A DNA stretch of 64,000 bases, taken from contig CAWIPH010000002.1 in assembly GCA_963837955.1 (NCBI GenBank), forward strand, positions 4,224,001 through 4,288,000. The letters run 5' to 3'. This DNA comes from an uncultured Verrucomicrobiae bacterium. GTDB taxonomy: Bacteria; Verrucomicrobiota; Verrucomicrobiia; Chthoniobacterales; JAFAMB01. The translations under genes and the position numbers were made by a program. How positions within the stretch are numbered: position 1 is the stretch's first letter; the number at the start of each line of letters is the position of its first letter. Below, piece by piece: positions 29,664 through 38,835 of the stretch. The notes beneath the pieces were generated by a model. It was not told where the DNA came from, searched no databases, and saw nothing but the letters and a program-made list of their open reading frames with translations.

Positions 29664-30019
29664 AGGAATTGTGGAATGAGTATGCGACAGCCTGGTCGAA
29701 TCCGGACAGGGCCGCCCGACAAAAGATCTTAGAAAAGCGCCTGACGCCTGATATTCAATATGCCGATCCAGCGGTACAAACGTCAGGTTACGCCGAGATT
29801 TCCGATTACATGGAGAGTTTTCAAACGGGTTATCCGGGTCGACGTTTTGTCATTTCTGAAGTAATTGCCCATCATGACAGCTGCCTTGCTCATTGGACGA
29901 TGCAGAGGGATAGCGAAATCGAGATGAAGGGCGCGTCTTTTGCCGAAATAGAGACGGACGGACGTTTGCGCCGCATCCGTGGCTTTTTCGGTCAACCGTC
30001 CGAAGAGGGCGAGAAATGA
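29660..30019 (+). CDS. SnoaL/NTF2-like protein
   Basis: AWSNPD, YADP, GRLRRIRGFF; ATGA-coupled to TetR. Confidence 0.8.
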   Translation: MKELWNEYATAWSNPDRAARQKILEKRLTPDIQYADPAVQTSGYAEISDYMESFQTGYPGRRFVISEVIAHHDSCLAHWTMQRDSEIEMKGASFAEIETDGRLRRIRGFFGQPSEEGEK

Positions 30020-30087
30020 CGCAAACTTCGCAGAAACTCCGCCAATTTGTGATCCACTGCCCCGCGCCTTCGTCTTACAGAGAACAG

Positions 30088-31203
30088 CTACATCGATCTA
30101 TCGGGTTCGAACCCGGTTAATTCGTGCACCGGGGTTCTCCCAAGGGCTAGCTGGGCGGCTAACGACCCGAAATAGGGCCCAACGGTCAACCCGTAAGGGC
30201 CAAGCCCGGTCGCTACCACCAGACCGGAAACCGAGGGGACGCGACCCAGCAATGGCAATCCGTCTTTGCTGATCGGCCGGAACCCGACCTTGATTTCGGC
30301 CAGAGTTGCCCGCTTCAAGCCTGGTGCGATGCGCAACCCTTCTTGGAGCACTTCCGCTACTCCACCGGCGGTGACTCGAAAGTCAAAACCGACCCCGCTC
30401 TCTCGCGTCGCGCCGATTACTATTCGCGAATCGCGGAACGCGAGCAGGTAATAGTCATTCAGAGCAGGTAGGATAATCGGTAACGTGGCAGTATCCGTTT
30501 CTGGTACCTTAAGATGAACGATTTGCCCACGCTGGGGTTCGACCCCCAGCTCTATACCGAGCGGCTGGCACAGCTCGGCCGACCAAGCGCCTGCCGCGAC
30601 GATAACCGTATCGCCTAGGATATACTCGCCGTCCACCCGGACTCCGACCACAGTCCGTCCGGAGGTTTCAAGAACGGCTGCCCCAAATTGCTGCCTGACG
30701 CCAGCTTTGACAGCGGCGTTACACAATGCTGCTCGAAACACCTCGCCCGAAACTCGGGCGGTTCCGCTCAGATATACGCCAGCCAGCGCGGGATCGAGAT
30801 ATCGGAACAGCTCCTGCGGACCACCGGGACCAAGCAACCGAACCTCCCCAATCTCTTTCACTCCGTGATTGAGACGCTCTTCCAACCGATTGAATATGGC
30901 TTCGAGCTGCCCGGCGCATTCTCCAACGATTAAACCTCCGACTACCTCATAGTCAGTGTTGGTCTCGCCAACGGTAGCCAGCTTAGCAACCAATTCGGGA
31001 TAGTACCTAGCCGCAGCGACAGCGAGATCTTGATAGCGCCGATCCTGGATCCGCGAAAGCCACGGCGAAATGATTCCGGCGCCGGCGAAAGTCGCGCGTC
31101 CAGGAGCTCGCCGATCGATCAGATAGACCTCGGCGCCGAGTTGAGCCAAATGAAAAGCCGTGCTCGCGCCAACGATTCCGCCCCCCAGAACGATGATCCT
31201 CAT
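30088..31203 (-). CDS. FAD-dependent oxidoreductase (D-amino acid oxidase/glycine oxidase family)
   Basis: GGGIVG, AGAW, PQRGQ, GFRP, GLGPYG. Confidence 0.9.
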   Translation of the reverse strand: MRIIVLGGGIVGASTAFHLAQLGAEVYLIDRRAPGRATFAGAGIISPWLSRIQDRRYQDLAVAAARYYPELVAKLATVGETNTDYEVVGGLIVGECAGQLEAIFNRLEERLNHGVKEIGEVRLLGPGGPQELFRYLDPALAGVYLSGTARVSGEVFRAALCNAAVKAGVRQQFGAAVLETSGRTVVGVRVDGEYILGDTVIVAAGAWSAELCQPLGIELGVEPQRGQIVHLKVPETDTATLPIILPALNDYYLLAFRDSRIVIGATRESGVGFDFRVTAGGVAEVLQEGLRIAPGLKRATLAEIKVGFRPISKDGLPLLGRVPSVSGLVVATGLGPYGLTVGPYFGSLAAQLALGRTPVHELTGFEPDRSM

Positions 31204-31209
31204 GAAGCA

Positions 31210-31237
31210 CGGATCGCGGGAAGCGATCCTCCTCTAC
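31210..31237 (-). repeat. single REP-like hairpin
   Basis: Minus strand GTAGAGGAGGATCGCTTCCCGCGATCCG; same core as 5359 and 34511; its GTAG overlaps the moaD-like stop codon. Confidence 0.6.
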
Positions 31238-31473
31238 CCTCCCTGGACCGGTGGCATGAGTGACACCAAATCGTCCGTAGCCAAACGATGGTCACGCGAG
31301 ACGTATTCGGTTCCGACCGCCACCAATAGATACTTGTCCCATTCTTTCAGCCCTGGAACAGCCGCATACAACCGAGTTAGCAAGTCTTCGATCGACCCCT
31401 CTTCACTGATTTCCGCTGTTTCGGGTCCCTTTAAATCGCGCAATCGGGAAAAATACTGAATTCGAACTAACAT
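31234..31473 (-). CDS. MoaD/ThiS family sulfur carrier
   Basis: 79 aa beta-grasp pattern ending PPVQGG. Confidence 0.9.
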   Translation of the reverse strand: MLVRIQYFSRLRDLKGPETAEISEEGSIEDLLTRLYAAVPGLKEWDKYLLVAVGTEYVSRDHRLATDDLVSLMPPVQGG

Positions 31474-32006
31474 TACTGCTGCCGGAGTACGCCGATGACC
31501 GACAAATTCCGGTATTTCTCGTTATAATCCAAGCCGTAGCCGACGACAAATTCATCCTGAATATCAAACCCGACATAATCGGCCTCAATGGGTCTTGCGC
31601 GCTGCTTCAACTTCCGGAGCAGCACACAGCTCCGGACACTGAGCGGTTTCACTTGGTTGCGCATCGTTTCGATGATCGCTGCGAGCGTGTGTCCACTGTC
31701 TAAGATGTCGTCCAAAAGCAAGACATGCCGATCCTTCAGATCAGGCAATGTCTGAGGGTCAAATGTCACCTGACCAGTAGACACCGTGCCGCTGTAATAG
31801 CTGCGTACTCGGAGACAATCCAGCTGGAGAGGGAGTGGAATGCGACGCAGCAAATCCGCCATGAAAATAAGGCTCCCATTCAAGATTGCGATTACCGTAA
31901 GATCCAATCCCTGATAGTCAGCCGTGATCTGGGCGGCCAACCCATCGAGTCGGGCCGCAATCTCTTCCTCCTCAAAGAGGACTCTGTCGAGGTCGCCGTA
32001 CATCAC
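31473..32006 (-). CDS. hpt: hypoxanthine phosphoribosyltransferase
   Basis: LLDDILDSGHTL, FVVGYGLDY. Confidence 0.95.
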   Translation of the reverse strand: MMYGDLDRVLFEEEEIAARLDGLAAQITADYQGLDLTVIAILNGSLIFMADLLRRIPLPLQLDCLRVRSYYSGTVSTGQVTFDPQTLPDLKDRHVLLLDDILDSGHTLAAIIETMRNQVKPLSVRSCVLLRKLKQRARPIEADYVGFDIQDEFVVGYGLDYNEKYRNLSVIGVLRQQ

Positions 32007-32014
32007 TTTTGGCG

Positions 32015-32644
32015 TTATCGACTGAGGTGGATCGGAGTCGCATTAATTGCCGCTCGGACGGAGAAGCGACGAATCACTTGGATCAAACGCGGCTTGGTCG
32101 TCTTGTCCGTAAAACGCACCGCGTTACTAGCTGCCAGTCGTCTCAGTTCTCCAAACGTGCGTTTGGCGATTACTTTAGCAAACTCTTCTTCATTCAACCG
32201 GCCAAGCTGAATAAACTCCTGTTGCAGCGCAACCTTGTCCTTCCCGCCCGACTCAACCGAAGCTGCCTCGGCAAAGGCGTGTTTCAGGAATTTGCTGGCA
32301 GCCGCAGATTTGTCCTGGGCGTGAACTGCTTCGACGAATTCCGATTTGCCTAGACCAAATTCTTCCGCTTTCAACCGCTTCCCACAGATCTCCCGGAGTC
32401 CTTTTTTGAGCAGATCGAGGGACAGATGTCTCTTGGCCGAAGGCGAACGAAGCAGCGTCTCAAGAAAAAATTCTCCCGATTTGCGGCTGGCCAAGTAGCT
32501 ATCCAGAACCGCGTCGAAATGATCTAGTTCGTCTGCCAATTTCATTGCAGATTTGCCCACGGCAGCCCCTTCAATTTTGGCTGCCTGCTTATTCAGCTTC
32601 TCTGCCAGATTCGATAGCCTTGTAGAAAGATCGAGGTAGTTCAT
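32015..32644 (-). CDS. hypothetical protein with possible C-terminal HeH/Rho-N-like motif
   Basis: ATGA-coupled to the ParA gene; helical; C-terminal TFGELRRLAASNAVRFTDKTTKPRLIQVI. Confidence 0.75.
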   Translation of the reverse strand: MNYLDLSTRLSNLAEKLNKQAAKIEGAAVGKSAMKLADELDHFDAVLDSYLASRKSGEFFLETLLRSPSAKRHLSLDLLKKGLREICGKRLKAEEFGLGKSEFVEAVHAQDKSAAASKFLKHAFAEAASVESGGKDKVALQQEFIQLGRLNEEEFAKVIAKRTFGELRRLAASNAVRFTDKTTKPRLIQVIRRFSVRAAINATPIHLSR

Positions 32645-33537
32645 CGTCTGTTTTGGAAGTGGTTAAGAAAGCGTTGAGCAAGATCGCTATAATCCTGTGC
32701 TCCGATGCTTCCGGGAGCATATAAAACGACTGGCAGATGCTCGCTCGTGGATTCGGCTACTCGGACACAATGACGGATATAAGGCTCCAGCAGTGCGGCG
32801 TCGCCGTCGACAAATCCTTGTTCGCGGAACGAAGCCAACTCTATCTCCAATTCATTGATCGCCAGGCGGAAGACGTTACCAGTCTGACGATAATGGCTCA
32901 CCAACAAAGCGCCGATGTTCGGGCGCTTGCCGCCTCCGATCGAATCCGCGTATCTCTCCCGCATCTCCGCAATGTATTCGGCGAGCACTTGGAAGCCCGA
33001 GAGCGACAGGTAATCCGGCACGTACGGCACTACGCAGTGATCAGCGAAAAAAATCGCGTTTTTGGTTGTGCTATACAGATTGGGCGGACAATCAAAAAAT
33101 ACGTAATCGTAAGCCTGCACATGTTCGGCGATGGCGTGCTCAACCAGTCGGTAAACACTCGGAGCCCGCAGCTCATGAATCCGATCCTCTATTCGGAGCA
33201 GCTCGACCGATGCAGGTAAAAGGTGTAACCGAGGTAAATCCACGAAACCGGTCCAGGTAACGACTCCTTTGACAATCGATTCTTCGAAATTAAAACGGGT
33301 CTTGCCTTGAATCGCGTCATCAAAGATTTGGTAGGTCGAGCGGCGTCCTTTGGCGACATGATCCCGCCAATGATCTGGCCGCATTAGCCAAAGGCTAGAG
33401 TTCGATTGCGGATCAAGATCAACGATCAGAACCTTCTTATCGTGCAGCTTAGCTAAAGTGGCCCCGAGATTGACAACACTCGCAGTTTTGCCGACTCCGC
33501 CCTTGAAATTAATAAAAGCAAGAAGCTTCGCGCTCAT
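32641..33537 (-). CDS. ParA/Soj family ATPase (orphan)
   Basis: NFKGGVGKT deviant Walker A, DLDPQSN, DCPPN, VPDYLS. Confidence 0.92.
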   Translation of the reverse strand: MSAKLLAFINFKGGVGKTASVVNLGATLAKLHDKKVLIVDLDPQSNSSLWLMRPDHWRDHVAKGRRSTYQIFDDAIQGKTRFNFEESIVKGVVTWTGFVDLPRLHLLPASVELLRIEDRIHELRAPSVYRLVEHAIAEHVQAYDYVFFDCPPNLYSTTKNAIFFADHCVVPYVPDYLSLSGFQVLAEYIAEMRERYADSIGGGKRPNIGALLVSHYRQTGNVFRLAINELEIELASFREQGFVDGDAALLEPYIRHCVRVAESTSEHLPVVLYAPGSIGAQDYSDLAQRFLNHFQNRR

Positions 33538-33702
33538 CCGCTAACCCGTATAACGCTCCCAAAACCCTGATTTGATCAAGTTCTTTCTTGGAACGGCGAC
33601 CCTCTAGGCGCTAAAAACGGCTTTTTTTTGGGTGATTGCCCGATTTTCCGACAATTCGCTACCTCTGAGTTGCGCGGCTTCGTTCTTTCTTCACATTTTG
33701 CG

Positions 33703-34281
33703 ATGGCGATTTCGCGCTACACAAAGGTCACCCAAGAGGATTACGACAGCAAACTCCGGGAGATGGGCAATTACCTTTGGGAACTTGAGCAAGAGGCTGA
33801 TCTGGCGAGCCAACAAGGAGATGAACGCGCGGTTTTAGAGCGTGAAGTCCAGATCCAACGGATCGGCGAAAAGGCCCGCACTTTCTCGCAAATAGCCGGC
33901 CGACACCAGATTTTAGGTTCCTATGTAGCAGGCTTAGCCAACCGCATGGTGCGCCGATGGGAAGCGGCTGCGGATTGCTTTTTTGATGTTTTGGAAGCTG
34001 CACCGACCAACAGCGAGGCGTGGTTAGAGCTGACTTGGTGCCTCGCGGAAATGGATAAATGGGAGGAATGCGAAATGGCTGCTCGCAAAAGCACGGAGCT
34101 TATTCCTAGTTCCGCAGCACCTTGGAGCAACCTGGCAATCGCCCTACAGCACCTCGGCCGCATTGACGAAGCTGAGTCTGCCATAAAGAAAGCGCTGGAA
34201 TTTGAACCCAACGATCTACGGAACCAGGAGATCCTCGCACAGGTGCGAGCAGAAACTAGCCCTGGCGGCGGACCGGAGTAG
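33703..34281 (+). CDS. tetratricopeptide repeat protein
   Basis: AWLELTWCL, PWSNLAIALQHLGRIDEAE..ALEFEP. Confidence 0.8.
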   Translation: MAISRYTKVTQEDYDSKLREMGNYLWELEQEADLASQQGDERAVLEREVQIQRIGEKARTFSQIAGRHQILGSYVAGLANRMVRRWEAAADCFFDVLEAAPTNSEAWLELTWCLAEMDKWEECEMAARKSTELIPSSAAPWSNLAIALQHLGRIDEAESAIKKALEFEPNDLRNQEILAQVRAETSPGGGPE

Positions 34282-34462
34282 CTTCCGACTTCGCCAATTT
34301 TCTGCGAATTGGTTTAACGCGGCGGTAGGCTTCGTCTGACACGTGCTGCTCCCGGAAACCGCCCAAGATAGATCGAAGCCAAAGAATCCTTGGGCCCGGA
34401 TCCCCTAGTGGCGCGCCGAATCATCCCTGGGCGTCACGCGCCTGCGTATCCGCGTCAACATA

Positions 34463-34677
34463 AGAGGGTAGAGATATGTGCCGAGAGGAGTCGTCCCGGC
34501 CTGTGCGGTGAGGGATCGCGTCCCCGCGATCCGTTGTGGTCGGAGCCAAGCGCCTTTGCATACCAAAGGGCTAAATTGCGTCCCGAGGTTAGAGATCGTC
34601 TTCGCGGCGCGCCGGGGACGCGCGCCCTCCCCGCGTTGGCCGGGACGACTCTGCAGGGCGCATATCTTTGCTCTTCT
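34463..34677. repeat. ~215 bp imperfect inverted repeat (REPIN/MITE-like)
   Basis: ~70 bp arms; perfect GAGTCGTCCCGGCC/GGCCGGGACGACTC core; inner REP pair. Confidence 0.75.
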
Positions 34678-34779
34678 GGTGAGCTCCTGCGGGACGCACT
34701 CTCCGGCCGAGCACTTCAGTCGGATTAAACTCAAGTATGCTTCCTGCCGATCTCAATTTCCCAAGCCGCCACCGCATTC

Positions 34780-36078
34780 TCACCGGCTCCCACAGACCTC
34801 AACCGTGGCACGATCGATCGCATCGAGCGCCAAATCGATCTCCGCGGCATTTATGCAGAGCGGTGGCATAAAGACTATTACATCCTGGATTGAACGGGTA
34901 AGGAGCTGAAACTTGCGAGCAGCCAAACAAATTTTCGTGCCCACCCGTTCTCGCGGATCGAACCCGGTTCCATCTGGTCGTCCTACTTCGATTCCCGCGA
35001 TCAATCCGCATTGCCGCACTTCGCGGATCGAACGGTTTCGTTGCAGTTGGGCGAGCCCGCGGGACAACTGCTCCATCTTTGCCGGAAGCTTTGCCAGAGT
35101 CGCTTCCGACTCAAATAATTGCAGATTAGCCAGCGCCGCTGCGCAACCGAGCGCATTCCCAGCGTAGCTGTGGCCATAAAAAAACGTGCGCATTTGCTCG
35201 GCGGCGCCCAAGAATCCCTGAAAGACGCGCTCCGACGTGATCGTGGCCGCTAGTGGCAGATACCCTCCGGTAAGGCCTTTCGCGAGCACCAAGAAATCGG
35301 GAAGAACGCCCTCATGCTGGAAAGCGAACATCTTGCCGGTACGTCCGAAGCCGGTCATGACTTCGTCGAAAATCAAAAGAACGTCATGTTCGTCGCACCA
35401 GTTCCGCAGATGCCGGAGAATGCCTGAAGGCCAGGTCCGCATGCCAGCAGCGCCTTGCAGCAGCGGCTCTATGATGACCCCAGCGGTTTTATCCCCCTCG
35501 AGGCGATCAAGGTCTTCCACCGTGGCGAGGCGTTTGACCGGGAAATGATAGCGGGCAAAGCGATCGTGGAATTGAGCGATTCCGCCAAGACTAGAAGCGC
35601 CGAGCGTGTCTCCGTGGTAAGCGTTCTCAAATGCCGCGAAAGCGGTCTTTTGCGGTTTTCCATTCTGGCTAAAATACTGACAAGTCATCTTAATCGCGAC
35701 CTCAATACCGGTTGAACCGTCATCCGAATAGAACACCCGCGCGAGCCTGGCATCGCCGATCAGTCGAACCAGTCTCTCCGCTAGTCGAACGGCCGGCGGA
35801 TTTGAAAATCCAAGAAATGAAGTATGAGCAACCCGCTGGAGTTGATCGCCGATTGCTTGGTTGATCACTGGATGATTATGACCGTGGATGTTGGTCCAAA
35901 TTGAAGAGTTGCCATCCAGATACTTGTTACCTTGGATGTCATTCAGCCAGACGCCCTTACCCGCGCTGAGCATCAACGGGTGGTGTTCGTCGGCAATCCA
36001 TTCCTCCATCGGCGTAAATGGATGCCAAAGATACCGCTTATCGAGGATTTCGAGATCCTCCGGATCAGACTCCTGCAT
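34780..36078 (-). CDS. bioA: 7,8-diaminopelargonate (DAPA) aminotransferase
   Basis: WHPFT, SDDGSTGIEVAIK, YHGDT, DEVMTGFGRTG, AKGLTGGYLPL; start ATG 36078. Confidence 0.93.
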   Translation of the reverse strand: MQESDPEDLEILDKRYLWHPFTPMEEWIADEHHPLMLSAGKGVWLNDIQGNKYLDGNSSIWTNIHGHNHPVINQAIGDQLQRVAHTSFLGFSNPPAVRLAERLVRLIGDARLARVFYSDDGSTGIEVAIKMTCQYFSQNGKPQKTAFAAFENAYHGDTLGASSLGGIAQFHDRFARYHFPVKRLATVEDLDRLEGDKTAGVIIEPLLQGAAGMRTWPSGILRHLRNWCDEHDVLLIFDEVMTGFGRTGKMFAFQHEGVLPDFLVLAKGLTGGYLPLAATITSERVFQGFLGAAEQMRTFFYGHSYAGNALGCAAALANLQLFESEATLAKLPAKMEQLSRGLAQLQRNRSIREVRQCGLIAGIEVGRPDGTGFDPRERVGTKICLAARKFQLLTRSIQDVIVFMPPLCINAAEIDLALDAIDRATVEVCGSR

Positions 36079-36079
36079 T

Positions 36080-36340
36080 TCATTCTCCGGATCGAATCTT
36101 AGCCAGCAGCCGATCGGCCCAAACGACATCTTCGTAGGCCGCTCTTCGCCTCTGATACTTTCGAAATAAGACGTCTCGGAATTCCTCCAAATCAGCCGGC
36201 AGCGGTTCGCGATAATAAATCCATTTGGGTTGGTCCGCTCGTTTCGATTGAAATCGCCATTCGCCGCCATGCTTGATCACTCGAACTTCGCGCCGAACTC
36301 CTTCCTCCGTCTTTTGCACCCAGGCGTGGCGGTTATGCAT
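36080..36340 (-). CDS. small hypothetical protein
   Basis: MHNRHAW..REVRV..WRFQSK..W.YY..LFRKYQRRR; ends 1 nt before the bioA start. Confidence 0.7.
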   Translation of the reverse strand: MHNRHAWVQKTEEGVRREVRVIKHGGEWRFQSKRADQPKWIYYREPLPADLEEFRDVLFRKYQRRRAAYEDVVWADRLLAKIRSGE

Positions 36341-36362
36341 AAAGGCCAACTTTAATTTGCGC

Positions 36363-37292
36363 GTGCATCCAGTCCACGTTAATTCGTCGCTCTTGAGCGC
36401 CGGAGGAAAAATCGTCGGTTATCTTTTGGGCGTAGTGCTGCTCAGCGCACTGCTGGCCCCGCCACTCTACTGGGCAGGAGAAGCGTGCTCTCAAATCACC
36501 GCTTTACACTTTCTCAAAGGAACCGATTTCCAGCGCTACTTTGCCCGCGCCATTCTGCTTTCTGCTTTCTTGCTGCTGTTTCCGGTTGTTCGCTGGATTG
36601 GCCTTAGGAGTTTGCGCGATCTGGGGTTGAGTCGCAATCCTGTTTGGTGGCGAGATGTCGCCGCGGGATTTGTTTTGGCCGGCGCCGTTACTGCCGTGCT
36701 CGGTTTTATCGCGATCCAGTTCGGAATTTATACTTGGAAAAGCCATTTACCTTGGGACCTGGTAGCGCGGGTATTTCCAACGGCACTCATTGTTGCCGTG
36801 GTCGAGGAGTTTTTGTTTCGGGGCGCTATTCTCGGATTGGTTCGTCAATCTATCACCACGGTGCCCGCTATGGTGTTCGTTTCCGCACTTTTCTCTATTG
36901 TTCATTTTCTACGACCCGTAGATGGCCAGATTTTACAAGTCCAGTGGTATTCCGGCTTCGAGCTCCTGGGAAAACTGTTTTCGCGATTCAGCGATCCGCT
37001 GCTTGTCGGTGGGGGCTTCGTGACCCTTTTCGTACTTGGCCTTCTGCTGGCCCATTCCGCAGTCGGGACGCGCTCTCTCTGGTTGCCCATCGGGTTACAT
37101 GCCGGAACGGTGTTTGGAAAAATGAGCTTTAACAAACTCACCAAGCATCTCGCCGAAGCTCCTCCCTGGTTTGGCCCCGAACTAACGATCGGCTTAGGAT
37201 CGGTCGTGACGTTGCTTTTTCTGTGGTTTTTGGTTTGGCTACTCTTCCTGCGCCGTGCTTTTCCTTCGCGAATTCTGTCGGACGGTCACTGA
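36363..37292 (+). CDS. CPBP (Rce1/Abi) intramembrane protease
   Basis: EEFLFRG, FSIVH, LWLPIGLH; multiple TM helices; start uncertain. Confidence 0.88.
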   Translation: MHPVHVNSSLLSAGGKIVGYLLGVVLLSALLAPPLYWAGEACSQITALHFLKGTDFQRYFARAILLSAFLLLFPVVRWIGLRSLRDLGLSRNPVWWRDVAAGFVLAGAVTAVLGFIAIQFGIYTWKSHLPWDLVARVFPTALIVAVVEEFLFRGAILGLVRQSITTVPAMVFVSALFSIVHFLRPVDGQILQVQWYSGFELLGKLFSRFSDPLLVGGGFVTLFVLGLLLAHSAVGTRSLWLPIGLHAGTVFGKMSFNKLTKHLAEAPPWFGPELTIGLGSVVTLLFLWFLVWLLFLRRAFPSRILSDGH

Positions 37293-37974
37293 CCTGGTCT
37301 ATCCTCACTTTTGCGTGATCTGCCAGACCGGATTAGACGAGGACTGGCTCTGCGCGAATTGCCGAACGACAGCGCAGCGAATCCAACCCCCCTTTTGCCA
37401 AATATGCTCGCGCCCTTTTTCCGGTCTAATCGCGGAACCATTTCGCTGCCCTCATTGCGAAGACCACGCCTTTGCTTTTGATTGCGCGGTATCGGCTTAC
37501 CTAGCGCGGGGCGCTGTCCGCGAACTGATCCATCGCCTGAAATACAATGGACAATTTCATCTTCGAAAAACCATCGCTGACTGGCTTTGGGTCGCCTTCG
37601 CCGACCGGCGAATCGCCACCGAGCCATTCGATGCCATTGTTCCGGTTCCGCTTCACCCCGTTCGCGTCCGAGAAAGGGGATATGATCAGGTCTCTGCTCT
37701 CGGCGAAATTGTTGCGCGGAGGGCAGGAAAACCTTTGCTCAAATGCTTGCGGCGGCAGCGTTACACTCAGACTCAGACGGTGCTGGATCGGAGCAACCGA
37801 GCGAGGAACTTGCACAATGCCTTTGACCTGCGCAAAAGTACGGCCGTGCTTGGAAAGCATATTTTGCTACTCGATGACGTGCTCACTACCGGCACCACCT
37901 TACAAGAATGTGCTAAAGTCCTGCGTTCGGGTGGTGCAGCCTCTGTCCGGGCCGTCACGGTCGCTCGGGGGTAG
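37255..37974 (+). CDS. comF: ComF family protein (zinc ribbon plus PRTase fold)
   Basis: Four CxxC, VPVPLH..RERGYDQ, LLDDVLTTGTT. Confidence 0.9.
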   Translation: MLFLREFCRTVTDLVYPHFCVICQTGLDEDWLCANCRTTAQRIQPPFCQICSRPFSGLIAEPFRCPHCEDHAFAFDCAVSAYLARGAVRELIHRLKYNGQFHLRKTIADWLWVAFADRRIATEPFDAIVPVPLHPVRVRERGYDQVSALGEIVARRAGKPLLKCLRRQRYTQTQTVLDRSNRARNLHNAFDLRKSTAVLGKHILLLDDVLTTGTTLQECAKVLRSGGAASVRAVTVARG

Positions 37975-37986
37975 CCCAATCCACTT

Positions 37987-38832
37987 ATGCCAATTTTTCA
38001 AAAGCCCTCCCTCAAATCTGGAACCCAAAAAAAACGCGAAATGCCGGAAGGTCTTTGGCAGAAATGTCCCGATTGCGGAGAGGTGATTCACAACCTGGAA
38101 CTTTCAAAGAATTTGAAAGTCTGTCCTAAGTGCGATCACCATTTCACGCTATCGGCAGCGGAACGCATTCATGACCTTCTGGATCCCGATTCATTCGAAG
38201 AATTCGATGCTAACCTGATATCGAAAGACGTTTTGAAATTCACGGGAGTCGCTGCGTATGCGGATCGCCTAAGCAGCTATCAAGAAAAGACCGGCATGAA
38301 AGATGCCGTGGTTACCGGCTTTGGGCAGATTGAGAAAAGACCAGTCGCCATCGCAGTGATGGACTTTAATTTTCTCGCGGCCACGATGGGGTCGGTTGTG
38401 GGAGAAAAGATCACCAGACTGATTGAGAAAGCGACCCAGGCGAAGCGCCCCGTCATTATTGTGTCAGCGTCCGGTGGAGCACGCATGTACGAAGGAATGT
38501 TAAGTCTCATGCAAATGGCTAAAACGAGTGGCGCTTTGGCTCGCCATGCCGAGGCTGGGTTTCCCTATATTTCCGTGTTAACTCATCCGACCACCGCGGG
38601 CGTCATGGCAAGCTTCGCCTCCCTGGGGGACCTTATCTTGGCCGAGCCGAAGTGCATGGTAGGATTCGCTGGTCCGAGAGTGATTCGCGAGACGACTCAC
38701 CAGGATCTTCCAGCCGGATTTCAAACAGCCGAATTTCTGTGCGATCACGGATTCATCGATCTGATCGTGCGGCGCCCGGATTTGCGCTCAACCATAACGC
38801 AATTGCTCGATTATTTGGGCGAAACTAATTAA
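37987..38832 (+). CDS. accD: acetyl-CoA carboxylase carboxyltransferase beta subunit
   Basis: WQKCPDC..CPKC, MGSVVGEK, SGGARM, FAGPRVI. Confidence 0.95.
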   Translation: MPIFQKPSLKSGTQKKREMPEGLWQKCPDCGEVIHNLELSKNLKVCPKCDHHFTLSAAERIHDLLDPDSFEEFDANLISKDVLKFTGVAAYADRLSSYQEKTGMKDAVVTGFGQIEKRPVAIAVMDFNFLAATMGSVVGEKITRLIEKATQAKRPVIIVSASGGARMYEGMLSLMQMAKTSGALARHAEAGFPYISVLTHPTTAGVMASFASLGDLILAEPKCMVGFAGPRVIRETTHQDLPAGFQTAEFLCDHGFIDLIVRRPDLRSTITQLLDYLGETN

Positions 38833-38835
38833 GTT

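Noticed and set aside
30088..31473. thiS-thiO thiamine module
   Set aside because: The sulfur carrier looks MoaD-like, no thiG is nearby, and a REP separates the two genes
34390..34909. Short ORFs across the inverted repeat
   Set aside because: They arise from GC-rich palindromic sequence and show no protein features
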